Shown here piece by piece: positions 25,023-32,000 of a stretch of 32,000 bases of DNA. Under the pieces are notes generated by a model, which saw only the letters and a list, made by a program, of their open reading frames with translations, did not search any database and was not told the origin of the DNA. The stretch lies in the NCBI RefSeq assembly GCF_000025685.1, contig NC_013966.1, positions 1 through 32,000 of the forward strand, written 5' to 3'. The DNA comes from Haloferax volcanii DS2. GTDB lineage: Archaea > Halobacteriota > Halobacteria > Halobacteriales > Haloferacaceae. The translations under genes and the position numbers were made by a program. Every line of letters begins with the position of its first letter. Positions within the stretch are counted from its first letter, which is position 1.

Positions 25023-25706
25023 GTGACGAAGTTCAGCCTCGAAATCGTTGCTGACGACGACAAGGTCAAGATCAATCTCCCGGGCGACCGAACGTTCGGT
25101 ATCACGTCGACGTCCAGCGGGGCAGCGTTCATCCCCGACTGGAACGACCGCCACTTCACTTGGGCCGCCGACAAGGACACCGGTGCCCCGTTCCACCACA
25201 TCACCGACGAGACGCGGGATGAGCAGATTGCGAAGGTCGAGTACGGTTCCGAGGACGAGTACCTCTTCGAGATGTACAGCGCGTACGGTGCATTCGGCCA
25301 GTTGAAGCCCGCGAACTGGGTGAACGCCGACTACCTCTGGGAACTCGATACCGACGCCTATGCCGACGTCCTCGAGGAAGCGGGTGTTATGGAACGAAGT
25401 GAAGACCGGCTGTGGTTCAGCTTCACCCGCCTCATAACGTACATAGAACAGCTAGTCCAGGACAAGGACAAGTTGGTTGAGTTCCTCAACCGAGTCTACA
25501 ACGGGGTCGGCCGCCGAGAGGCGTGGGAGAGCGATTCCCGTCTCTTCTTCACCCCTGGATTCGAGAGCCTCATCCTGCAGCGGCCTGACGGGTATGTTAT
25601 GGAGCTGTCCATGGCGGACCCGGTCAATGTGTTCGATCGAATGCGGAGTGCCCGATCCATCGACGTGATGTGCCAGCTATTCGACGAGCCGGCGTTCTCG
25701 ACATAG
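25023..25706 (+). CDS. Hypothetical protein
   Basis: The 227-aa ORF has a GTG start and an acidic composition. I recognise no motif. Confidence 0.55.
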   Translation: MTKFSLEIVADDDKVKINLPGDRTFGITSTSSGAAFIPDWNDRHFTWAADKDTGAPFHHITDETRDEQIAKVEYGSEDEYLFEMYSAYGAFGQLKPANWVNADYLWELDTDAYADVLEEAGVMERSEDRLWFSFTRLITYIEQLVQDKDKLVEFLNRVYNGVGRREAWESDSRLFFTPGFESLILQRPDGYVMELSMADPVNVFDRMRSARSIDVMCQLFDEPAFST

Positions 25707-25827
25707 CTCACATACTTTTCCGTTATTGTTCAAGTAGAGGTAGCTTTCGTACTGGTAGCGTCTATTTCCCCCTAAATGGGTGAGGGGCTCGCCGAGATGG
25801 CGAGTTCCACGTAACCTGGTGAGACAC

Positions 25828-26754
25828 ATGGCAATTAGAGATATCTACCAAACTGGCTTCGACGAAGACGTCCGAACGGAGTCGAGCGCGAACCAATGTC
25901 CCGAGTGCAACGGACGGGTCACCACGAACGCGGTCGAAACGGTCTGCGAGGACTGTGGCTTGGTCATCGACGAACAGCGTATCGATCACGGGCCGGAGTG
26001 GCGGGCGTACGACAAGGAGGAGTGTGAACGAACGGGCGCCCCGCTCACTGCAGCTCGCCACGATCGAGGCTTGTCAACGGAGATCGGGCGTGGCACCGAC
26101 GCGAAGGGGAACGAACTCTCCGGGAAAAAGCGGCGGCGACTCGCTCGGATGCGTCGTGAACAGACTCGGGGTCGCTGGCGGTCGAAAGCAGAACGGAATC
26201 TCGCACACGGATTGGGCGAAGTGCGTCGGTTGGCGAGTGCCCTCGAACTCTCCAATTCGGTCCGTGATCAGGCGTGTCAGCTCTTCCGGAGCGCCCAGAA
26301 CGAAGATCTGCTTCGAGGCAGATCCATCGAGGCCATCGCCGCGGCCAGCGTGTACGGGGCCTGCCGGTGCAACGGCCTCTCGCGGTTGGTGGATGACGTT
26401 AGCGAGGTGGCCCGCGTCGCGGAGTCACGAGTCACGAACGCGTACAAAACGCTGAACGAAGCGCTAGGGCTCCCGGCCGAGCCCGTCCTCCCCAGCATGT
26501 TCGTGCCGCGACTCGCCTCGGACCTCGAGTGTCCGGACGAGATCCGACAGCGGGCCCGAACCCTCGCGGAGCAGGCCGAGGAGCGCGGCGTCACGACCGG
26601 CGTCCATCCGGCTGGGTTTGCAGCGGCCTGCCTCTACAAGGCCGGTCGCGAGGAGGGGCGATGGCTGACGCAACGTGACGTTGCCGAGTCCGGGGACGTC
26701 ACGCCAACCACGGTTCGGACGCATCACGAGACGCTCAATGAGCTCGCTGTCTAG
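25828..26754 (+). CDS. tfb: Transcription initiation factor IIB (TFB) paralog
   Basis: It has the N-terminal zinc ribbon CPECNGRV..VCEDCG, the B-finger/linker HGPEWRAY, and two cyclin-like repeats. ATG 25828 (MAIRDIYQ) is preferred. Confidence 0.92.
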   Translation: MAIRDIYQTGFDEDVRTESSANQCPECNGRVTTNAVETVCEDCGLVIDEQRIDHGPEWRAYDKEECERTGAPLTAARHDRGLSTEIGRGTDAKGNELSGKKRRRLARMRREQTRGRWRSKAERNLAHGLGEVRRLASALELSNSVRDQACQLFRSAQNEDLLRGRSIEAIAAASVYGACRCNGLSRLVDDVSEVARVAESRVTNAYKTLNEALGLPAEPVLPSMFVPRLASDLECPDEIRQRARTLAEQAEERGVTTGVHPAGFAAACLYKAGREEGRWLTQRDVAESGDVTPTTVRTHHETLNELAV

Positions 26755-27239
26755 ACCGGCCATGTAGGAAGCGAGGGCGTCCCATTCTCCCAGTGAATCG
26801 CCTCTACCGCCGCTGGGAACTGCTGCAGTCGGTCATCGAGGATGGCGAGTGGATGCGCGTCGAGAAACGTCGCGCTATGCCGATCGACAGGCGTGTCTTC
26901 GTAATTGAGCTGGATGTGACAGGGCCCGAGGTCCGGATGATCGGCATCCTGATGAAAGCCGAGCATCAGGTTCCGATCCGGTTCAACCCAGTTGATGCGG
27001 TAGTATTCGTAGTCGACGCCGGCGGGGTACCAGAAGCGAATCTCCAGTCGTGCGGTCTCCGCGTCGTAGGAGTTACTCAGGAACGTCGTCGGGTCAACAT
27101 CCGCGATGACGTACCGAGGCCGTCGTCGAGACGGGCGATAACGCACGTCCTCACACCCTGCCTGCCTCGTCAATCGGTCGTGAACGTCGCGGAGGAGAGT
27201 CCGCTGTGTATAGCGGTCGCGACCGGCAAGAAAGATCAT
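26751..27239 (-). CDS. Hypothetical protein, possibly TumE/DUF6516-like
   Basis: LMLGFHQDADHPDLGPCHIQLNYEDTPVDRH resembles the His-rich core of TumE-family toxins, judged from memory. It lies 17 nt downstream of a wHTH gene. Confidence 0.55.
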   Translation of the reverse strand: MIFLAGRDRYTQRTLLRDVHDRLTRQAGCEDVRYRPSRRRPRYVIADVDPTTFLSNSYDAETARLEIRFWYPAGVDYEYYRINWVEPDRNLMLGFHQDADHPDLGPCHIQLNYEDTPVDRHSATFLDAHPLAILDDRLQQFPAAVEAIHWENGTPSLPTWPV

Positions 27240-27256
27240 ACTGTGAGAGAGGAGGA

Positions 27257-27808
27257 TTAGCTCGTGGCGCGGTCAGCTACATCGGTCATCTGTTCGCGGG
27301 CGGCTTCCACATCCGAGTAGAGTTCCAGTGCGTGCTTGATAAGGCGGCGATCCTCCTCATCCTCGCGCCAGAACGCGATGACGTCACGACGTTCTCGGAG
27401 CTCGCCACTTGAGAGCTCCCCATCAGCAAGCGACTGTTCGAGGTCTTCCCATGTCTCGACGTCGTAGGTCGCCTGCCACTCCTCAATCTCCTCGGTAATC
27501 GCGGCCAATTCGTTCCGCAACTCCTCGCGCGTGTTCTCCTCGATGAGCGTGCGGATTTCCTCGAAGAGCAGTCGCGTGTAGTCCGGCTGGTAGCGCGTCG
27601 TCTCGCCGGCCTCGACGCGGCGCAGCTGCCCTTGGTCGACGAGATCTTGGAGCTCCTCGTTGGTCGTGCTCCAAGCGGCGTCGGCCTGCTCGCTGATCCA
27701 GTTAACCGACCGGGGTTCACGAAGCGTCTCAGCGACGGCTCGAATACGGTCGCGGGCGCTCATCGACTCAGTCCACGACTGGACGCCATTCCGTGGGGGT
27801 TCCGACAT
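27257..27808 (-). CDS. wHTH plus coiled-coil protein (candidate cognate regulator or antitoxin)
   Basis: It contains RDRIRAVAETLREPRSVNWISEQADAAWSTTNEELQDLVDQGQLRRVE and then a long acidic helical region. ATG 27808 is preferred over the track start at 28003. Confidence 0.6.
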   Translation of the reverse strand: MSEPPRNGVQSWTESMSARDRIRAVAETLREPRSVNWISEQADAAWSTTNEELQDLVDQGQLRRVEAGETTRYQPDYTRLLFEEIRTLIEENTREELRNELAAITEEIEEWQATYDVETWEDLEQSLADGELSSGELRERRDVIAFWREDEEDRRLIKHALELYSDVEAAREQMTDVADRATS

Positions 27809-27932
27809 GCTTAGCACCTCTTGCAACAGTGTTCGCACCTCACTCCCATATATGTTTGTGCCTTCTCGGATAATCGAGAGTGGGTTACGAGCATACACGT
27901 CCGGACATTGAAATGCGAAACCGACAGAAGCT

Positions 27933-28826
27933 ATGAGCCAACCGATGCACAACAGATATTCTGACTTTGAGGAACTGCGGCCGACCGGCGAAGCGTCCCA
28001 CATTCCAGACCAGAGGCTGGACGACGGGTGTGAGGGTGCCCCTCGGCGGCAACGCGTCGCGACGAGCTCTGGTGGCTACCCTGATGCGCCGACGGTCGCC
28101 GATGGCGAGTGCCGGTCCTGTGGGGCGTCAGTCCCAGACGGCCAGACGAAATGCCGGTTCTGTCTCACTAACCATCTCGGTAGTGACGCCACTAGCACGG
28201 ACGAGTCAGCGTCGACGACGTACCTCGGCATCGTCCACCTGGTCGTCGAGTCGACCACGTTCTACGGCGCCGTCGCGAAGGGCGGCGCCGCGGCGAAGCT
28301 CCTCTCTGCCAACGAGGCGGAGCCGGCCGTCGACAACTACACTCTCATCTACGATCTCGACGAGGCGCCGGCGCGCCAGCTGGCCGAGCAATGGCCCTCA
28401 CTCCCCGACGCGGTACAGGTGTCGTCAGAGGAGGGAGAGGGGCTTCTCAGTGCCGCCTGTGACCGGACTGGGTGGTACGGGCAGGAAGCGTCGGAGCGTC
28501 AGGAACAGGCCCCGACGCGGCTCTACGACCAGCGGGGGAATGGCATCCGCGACCCGTCGCGTCTCACTGAGATCCTCGATGACGCCGACGATACGGTGTG
28601 GCTGGTTCCAGCGATAGCGCTGAGCGAATCCACTGGCGGGGCTGCGGCTGATCGCCAGGTATCGTCGGTACCGACGACGCAGGAACTCGACTGTCAAAAC
28701 TGTGGCCGGGCGACCGACCACCGGTTCAAGACCCACGAGTCGGTCCCGGATGAGGCGTGGACGGGGCAACCAATCTGGGAGTGCCGAGTGTGTGGCTCGG
28801 CTCGCTACGGGCCCAGTCTCAAGTAG
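27933..28826 (+). CDS. Hypothetical protein with N- and C-terminal zinc ribbons
   Basis: The N-terminal ribbon is CRSCG..x11..CRFC and the C-terminal ribbon is CQNCG..x27..CRVCG. Confidence 0.6.
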   Translation: MSQPMHNRYSDFEELRPTGEASHIPDQRLDDGCEGAPRRQRVATSSGGYPDAPTVADGECRSCGASVPDGQTKCRFCLTNHLGSDATSTDESASTTYLGIVHLVVESTTFYGAVAKGGAAAKLLSANEAEPAVDNYTLIYDLDEAPARQLAEQWPSLPDAVQVSSEEGEGLLSAACDRTGWYGQEASERQEQAPTRLYDQRGNGIRDPSRLTEILDDADDTVWLVPAIALSESTGGAAADRQVSSVPTTQELDCQNCGRATDHRFKTHESVPDEAWTGQPIWECRVCGSARYGPSLK

Positions 28827-28845
28827 CCCCAGTGCTGAGCGCCGA

Positions 28846-28887
28846 TTAACCAACAAACTGCGAGTACCGTCGAGGTTCGTTGGTTAA
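28846..28887. repeat. 13-bp inverted repeat (one mismatch) with a 16-nt loop
   Basis: ttaaccaacaaac pairs with gttcgttggttaa. It lies between the zinc-ribbon gene and the next operon. Confidence 0.6.
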
Positions 28888-28922
28888 GGTCGTGGCCTCC
28901 TCCAACCCCGACGCCAGTCTCG

Positions 28923-29153
28923 ATGGGGAGTCTTTCCGCGCCGGCGAGCGGTGAGGCGCTTCCGATGGACCAACAGTTCAAGCAAGGCTACCGGATGCAT
29001 CGTGTCCTCAGCAATCTCAACCGCCTCGACGTCGACCGGTTGGACGAGGCGGATCGAGAGCGAGTCGAGAACGCGAGAGACCTCCTGGAAGAGGTGAGCC
29101 TTCTCACGCGGCCGGGTGACGGAGCCGGGGCGGATGCCCACGCAGACTCCTGA
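28923..29153 (+). CDS. Small hypothetical protein
   Basis: The ORF is 76 aa, with an alternative start at ATG 28965 (MDQQFKQGY). It has a helical acidic C-terminus. Confidence 0.45.
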   Translation: MGSLSAPASGEALPMDQQFKQGYRMHRVLSNLNRLDVDRLDEADRERVENARDLLEEVSLLTRPGDGAGADAHADS

Positions 29154-29203
29154 CTAGAGTCCCCGACCACGCCAAGCGAGGGGCCTCTCGCGTCTGTTTA
29201 TCG

Positions 29204-29227
29204 CCCCCAAGAGGGGTGCGGGGGCGA
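29204..29227 (+). promoter_or_regulatory. Conserved intergenic motif, copy 1
   Basis: cccccaagaggggtgcgggggcga lies 41 nt before ATG 29245. It is related to 29636-29658. Confidence 0.45.
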
Positions 29228-29244
29228 CCCCGTGAAGTCCAAAA

Positions 29245-29625
29245 ATGGCCACACTGCAAGCTGCGACGACGTCGACCGGCGCGATCGTATCGGATCCACA
29301 GGCAGTCCGCGAGCTATGTGAGAGCTACTGCTTCGGGACGCTCGACTGGGAGGTGACCGAAGACGGAGAACTCACCATTTGGGGATACGACGATTTCGAA
29401 GTGTACGAGGCGCGGGGGAACGGCCTCCCGGATTACGAGGGCGGCATCGTGACCCACGAATTCCTGCGAGAACTCGCCGACCACCTCGAAGCCGACGAAG
29501 AGTTCGATATCCAGACGGCAGGGTTCACCAAGTGCCGCTTCCCAGTCCTGGCCAAGCGGTACGTCGTTCGCGACGGCGAAGTCCTCCACGCGGACCTCAG
29601 TTCCCTCGAGCCGATCAACGAGTAG
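29245..29625 (+). CDS. Hypothetical protein
   Basis: The ORF is 126 aa and acidic, with clean coding-like composition. Confidence 0.6.
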   Translation: MATLQAATTSTGAIVSDPQAVRELCESYCFGTLDWEVTEDGELTIWGYDDFEVYEARGNGLPDYEGGIVTHEFLRELADHLEADEEFDIQTAGFTKCRFPVLAKRYVVRDGEVLHADLSSLEPINE

Positions 29626-29635
29626 CGTTGTTCAT

Positions 29636-29658
29636 CCCCCGGGAGGGGTGCGGGGCGA
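29636..29658 (+). promoter_or_regulatory. Conserved intergenic motif, copy 2
   Basis: cccccgggaggggtgcggggcga lies 59 nt before ATG 29695. Confidence 0.45.
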
Positions 29659-29694
29659 TCCAGTCGTGGGGCGCCCTGCGAAGGTGATTGTTCA

Positions 29695-30357
29695 ATGGGC
29701 CACCGCGCGCTCGTTGCGTACGAACGCACAGACGGACAGTACACGCTCCACTACAGCCATTGGGGCGCAGCGAACCTGAAGCTCAAGCACCGAATCTCGG
29801 CTGAGTCGCCGTTCGGTGGTGACGACACCGACTCCAAGTGGGCGAAACAGCTCCTCGCAGAGCTTGCCGATGGCCTCGAGGCAGATGCGGTCGACGGCTA
29901 CCTCGCCGGCGAGGATCGTCCGTCGTCGGTCGTCGAGCCGAAACCCCGCGCCACCGGGCTCACCCTCGACGAGATCGTCGCGGACCATCTCAACTACCTC
30001 CACCACGAGGCGTTCTTCGTGGTGTCGACGACGTTCGAGGTGACCGCCTATCGGACGCTGTGGTTCGGGCTCCAGTACGACTCGGAGACGGTCGAACAGG
30101 GAGAGACAGTCGGGAACGGCGCGCTCGCGACGGTGCGCTGGTACGACGGCGAGCCGGTCGGCGACGGCCACCTGCAGGGCCAGTTCGCGGCCCTCAAAGA
30201 CGTCGTCGGCGATATGCTCGACAAGGGCGTCTTCACGCCGTCGACGGCGAGACAGTACCTGAAACGGAAGCTGGCCGAGCGGGTCGGAGACCGACAGGAG
30301 CTACTCATTCCGACCGGGGAATCACCCTTCGAGAAGGCGAGCCTAAATCACTCCTAG
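29695..30357 (+). CDS. Hypothetical protein
   Basis: The ORF is 220 aa. The N-terminus is MGHRALVAYERTDGQYTLHYSHWGA. Confidence 0.65.
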   Translation: MGHRALVAYERTDGQYTLHYSHWGAANLKLKHRISAESPFGGDDTDSKWAKQLLAELADGLEADAVDGYLAGEDRPSSVVEPKPRATGLTLDEIVADHLNYLHHEAFFVVSTTFEVTAYRTLWFGLQYDSETVEQGETVGNGALATVRWYDGEPVGDGHLQGQFAALKDVVGDMLDKGVFTPSTARQYLKRKLAERVGDRQELLIPTGESPFEKASLNHS

Positions 30358-30431
30358 TTCGGTCTGCTTCGTGGCCGCTGCTGTTTTTCAGAGACCGGAA
30401 TGGGTGAGCCCCGCCGTAGGCTCGTGATTCG

Positions 30432-30848
30432 ATGACCTCAGACGACGATCCATTCCACGACTGCGAGTTGGACCCCGAGGCAATCCTCGGGGCACACACA
30501 TTCGAAGACGTCCTGTTCACCGACGACACGGAAGCCCCGGTGAACGTGCTCACCGGCGAGACACCAGCACATTCGCAAGCAACCGTCGAGGAAGCGAAGG
30601 AGTTCGCTGCGAGTATCGACACGGAGACGCCCCAGATCGCGCTCCCGGCGTCGGTGGAGACGCAAATCGAGAGGCAGAGCAAGCCCTACACGTCGGCTGC
30701 GTTCTTCCACTTCAAGGCGACAGGCTCACTCGAGCGTCACCGCGCCTACCACGCCGCCTACGACTCGGACGCGTTCACCGTCGACTTCGAAGCGGACTAC
30801 GAATCCGGGAATCTGACCATCACTGTCGACCGAGCGGACAAATCCTGA
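30432..30848 (+). CDS. Hypothetical acidic protein
   Basis: The ORF is 138 aa. Confidence 0.55.
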   Translation: MTSDDDPFHDCELDPEAILGAHTFEDVLFTDDTEAPVNVLTGETPAHSQATVEEAKEFAASIDTETPQIALPASVETQIERQSKPYTSAAFFHFKATGSLERHRAYHAAYDSDAFTVDFEADYESGNLTITVDRADKS

Positions 30849-30954
30849 GACGCAACCACCAGGGCAGGTTTTTCGAGCGCCGGCGATGGGTGCCGGCGCA
30901 GCAGGAGCGAGCGAGCAACGACTCCGGGTGCGTTGGCGTTTCGAGGTGTTCGAG

Positions 30955-31446
30955 ATGCACATGGTAATTTACTCCCTCGTAGAGGCATCGACCCACGACG
31001 ACGCGCTGGCCACCGGAAAGACGGTGTTCGACCGACTGGTCGGCGCGGACCCACACGCCGGCGCCGTCTTCGACTACTACGTGACTTTCGAGGAGGAGGA
31101 CACGTCCGTTGCGGGCAAAGCGCGGTGGGGCGAGCTTCCGACTGCGGTTCCTGTCGACTCCGACGACGGCCAGGACCTGCTCGAGCGTGGGTGGGAGGCG
31201 ACGAAAGAAGAGTTCGAGCGCAATCTCGACCGGGTGAAAGAGGCCATCGAGGAGCTCTCCGACGAGGAGATCATGCGCGATGAGGACCTCGCTCGGCACG
31301 CGTTCCATCAAGTCGGCGCGTACGACGGTCCGTCGGTGTTCCTGTACACCGAACACGCAACCGGCATTCGCCACCGTGGACAGCTGGATCGACTCCTCGA
31401 AGAGAGTGAAGAACTCTGGATCGTGCCCGCTGACGTCCACTTCTGA
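30955..31446 (+). CDS. Hypothetical protein
   Basis: ATG 30955 (MHMVIYSLVEAS) is preferred. The upstream part of the track ORF is Ala/Arg-rich and looks non-coding. Confidence 0.6.
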   Translation: MHMVIYSLVEASTHDDALATGKTVFDRLVGADPHAGAVFDYYVTFEEEDTSVAGKARWGELPTAVPVDSDDGQDLLERGWEATKEEFERNLDRVKEAIEELSDEEIMRDEDLARHAFHQVGAYDGPSVFLYTEHATGIRHRGQLDRLLEESEELWIVPADVHF

Positions 31447-31449
31447 ATA

Positions 31450-31815
31450 ATGCCCCGCATCACCAACTGGCGACGCGAGAGCCGCTCGCCGACACTCGCG
31501 TATCGGAACACCGAGACCGGTGCGCGAGCCGTCCTGCATCGAGCGCCGGACTCCGACCGGTACAAATGGCGTGGGGCAATCCTCGTCGACGGCTACCCGG
31601 TCTGGTCACATGGGTACGAGATGAAAGACGCGAAGTCGTTCCGTAACGAGCTCCGGAAACGGCCATCGCCCGAACTGAGTTGTCCGGAATGTCTCCACGA
31701 CGACATTGTTGTCGGTGGAAAGTCGGCTGACGGCGCGAAAGTCCAGCGCTGGTTCGAGTGCCGAAATTGTGGATACGAATCCCCCTCCTGCCTCGTCTAC
31801 GGTGCCGAGCGCTAG
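31450..31815 (+). CDS. Hypothetical protein with a C-terminal zinc ribbon
   Basis: The ribbon is CPECL..x21..CRNCG. The gene starts 3 nt after the previous stop. Confidence 0.6.
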   Translation: MPRITNWRRESRSPTLAYRNTETGARAVLHRAPDSDRYKWRGAILVDGYPVWSHGYEMKDAKSFRNELRKRPSPELSCPECLHDDIVVGGKSADGAKVQRWFECRNCGYESPSCLVYGAER

Positions 31816-31899
31816 CCTATTGCACTGGATTCACTCTAAAGAGAGAGAGATTGTCTACCAGCTTACGAATGGGTGCCTTGATCGAGACAGGGGTATCCA

Positions 31900-32000
31900 T
31901 TAAAAAAGCGAGTCGAGTTCGTCGGCATCATCTCCAAGAATCGATTCGAGATGGCGATCCGAGGAACCCGTCCTCTCCGCGCCCGTGGTCTGTGCTTCAC
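31900..32000 (-). CDS. 3' end of a minus-strand gene that continues beyond the window
   Basis: The minus-strand translation is ..EAQTTGAERTGSSDRHLESILGDDADELDSLF*. The acidic C-terminal LxxLF tail resembles a PIP-like peptide. Confidence 0.35.
   Translation of the reverse strand, partial: EAQTTGAERTGSSDRHLESILGDDADELDSLF

Noticed and set aside
27809-28003. N-terminal 65-codon extension of the wHTH gene (track start 28003)
   Set aside because: The extension is hydrophobic and Cys-rich, overlaps the divergent promoter region and the start of the 27933 gene, and the wHTH-type sequence begins at ATG 27808.
29692-31539. Minus-strand ORFs 29692-30171 and 30820-31539, and plus-strand 29838-30407
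   Set aside because: They are antisense or alternate frames of the co-directional small-gene operon.

Overview
High-GC sequence with an acidic predicted proteome, leaderless-style TATA promoters and ISH-type insertion sequences, so this is a haloarchaeal (class Halobacteria) replicon segment. It most resembles a plasmid or integrated-plasmid backbone. Region 1-5.7 kb is a maintenance module: orc1/cdc6 flanked by at least 9 ORB-like repeats, a parA operon with a repeat-rich candidate centromere, and a tyrosine integrase next to a 3' remnant of msrA (candidate att site). Region 5.8-20.4 kb is a heavily rearranged accessory region. It holds a truncated type IIG-like restriction-modification gene, an IS4 (ISH8-like) element, two IS1341-type tnpB elements plus a tnpB 3' remnant, and two inverted IS110 copies. 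It also holds a more AT-rich island of about 4.9 kb with a SAM methyltransferase, an overlapping wHTH plus nucleotidyltransferase (AbiE-like) pair and a polytopic membrane protein. Region 20.4-32 kb carries mostly uncharacterised genes: an OB-fold protein, a membrane protein, an Rx4H (HEPN-like) protein, a DUF1931/histone-fold-like small gene, a TFB paralog, a wHTH plus TumE-like pair, zinc-ribbon proteins and a tight operon of small unknown genes. I found no rRNA, tRNA or CRISPR array. The best candidates for a new or under-described system are: (1) the IS110 left-end non-coding region, which contains internal copies of both element termini and of the target flank (bridge-RNA-like); (2) the AbiE-like pair, whose nucleotidyltransferase carries an extra C-terminal wHTH; (3) the HEPN-like gene neighbourhood; (4) the wHTH/TumE-like pair. 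All functional calls come from motif recognition by eye. No database search or computation was run.
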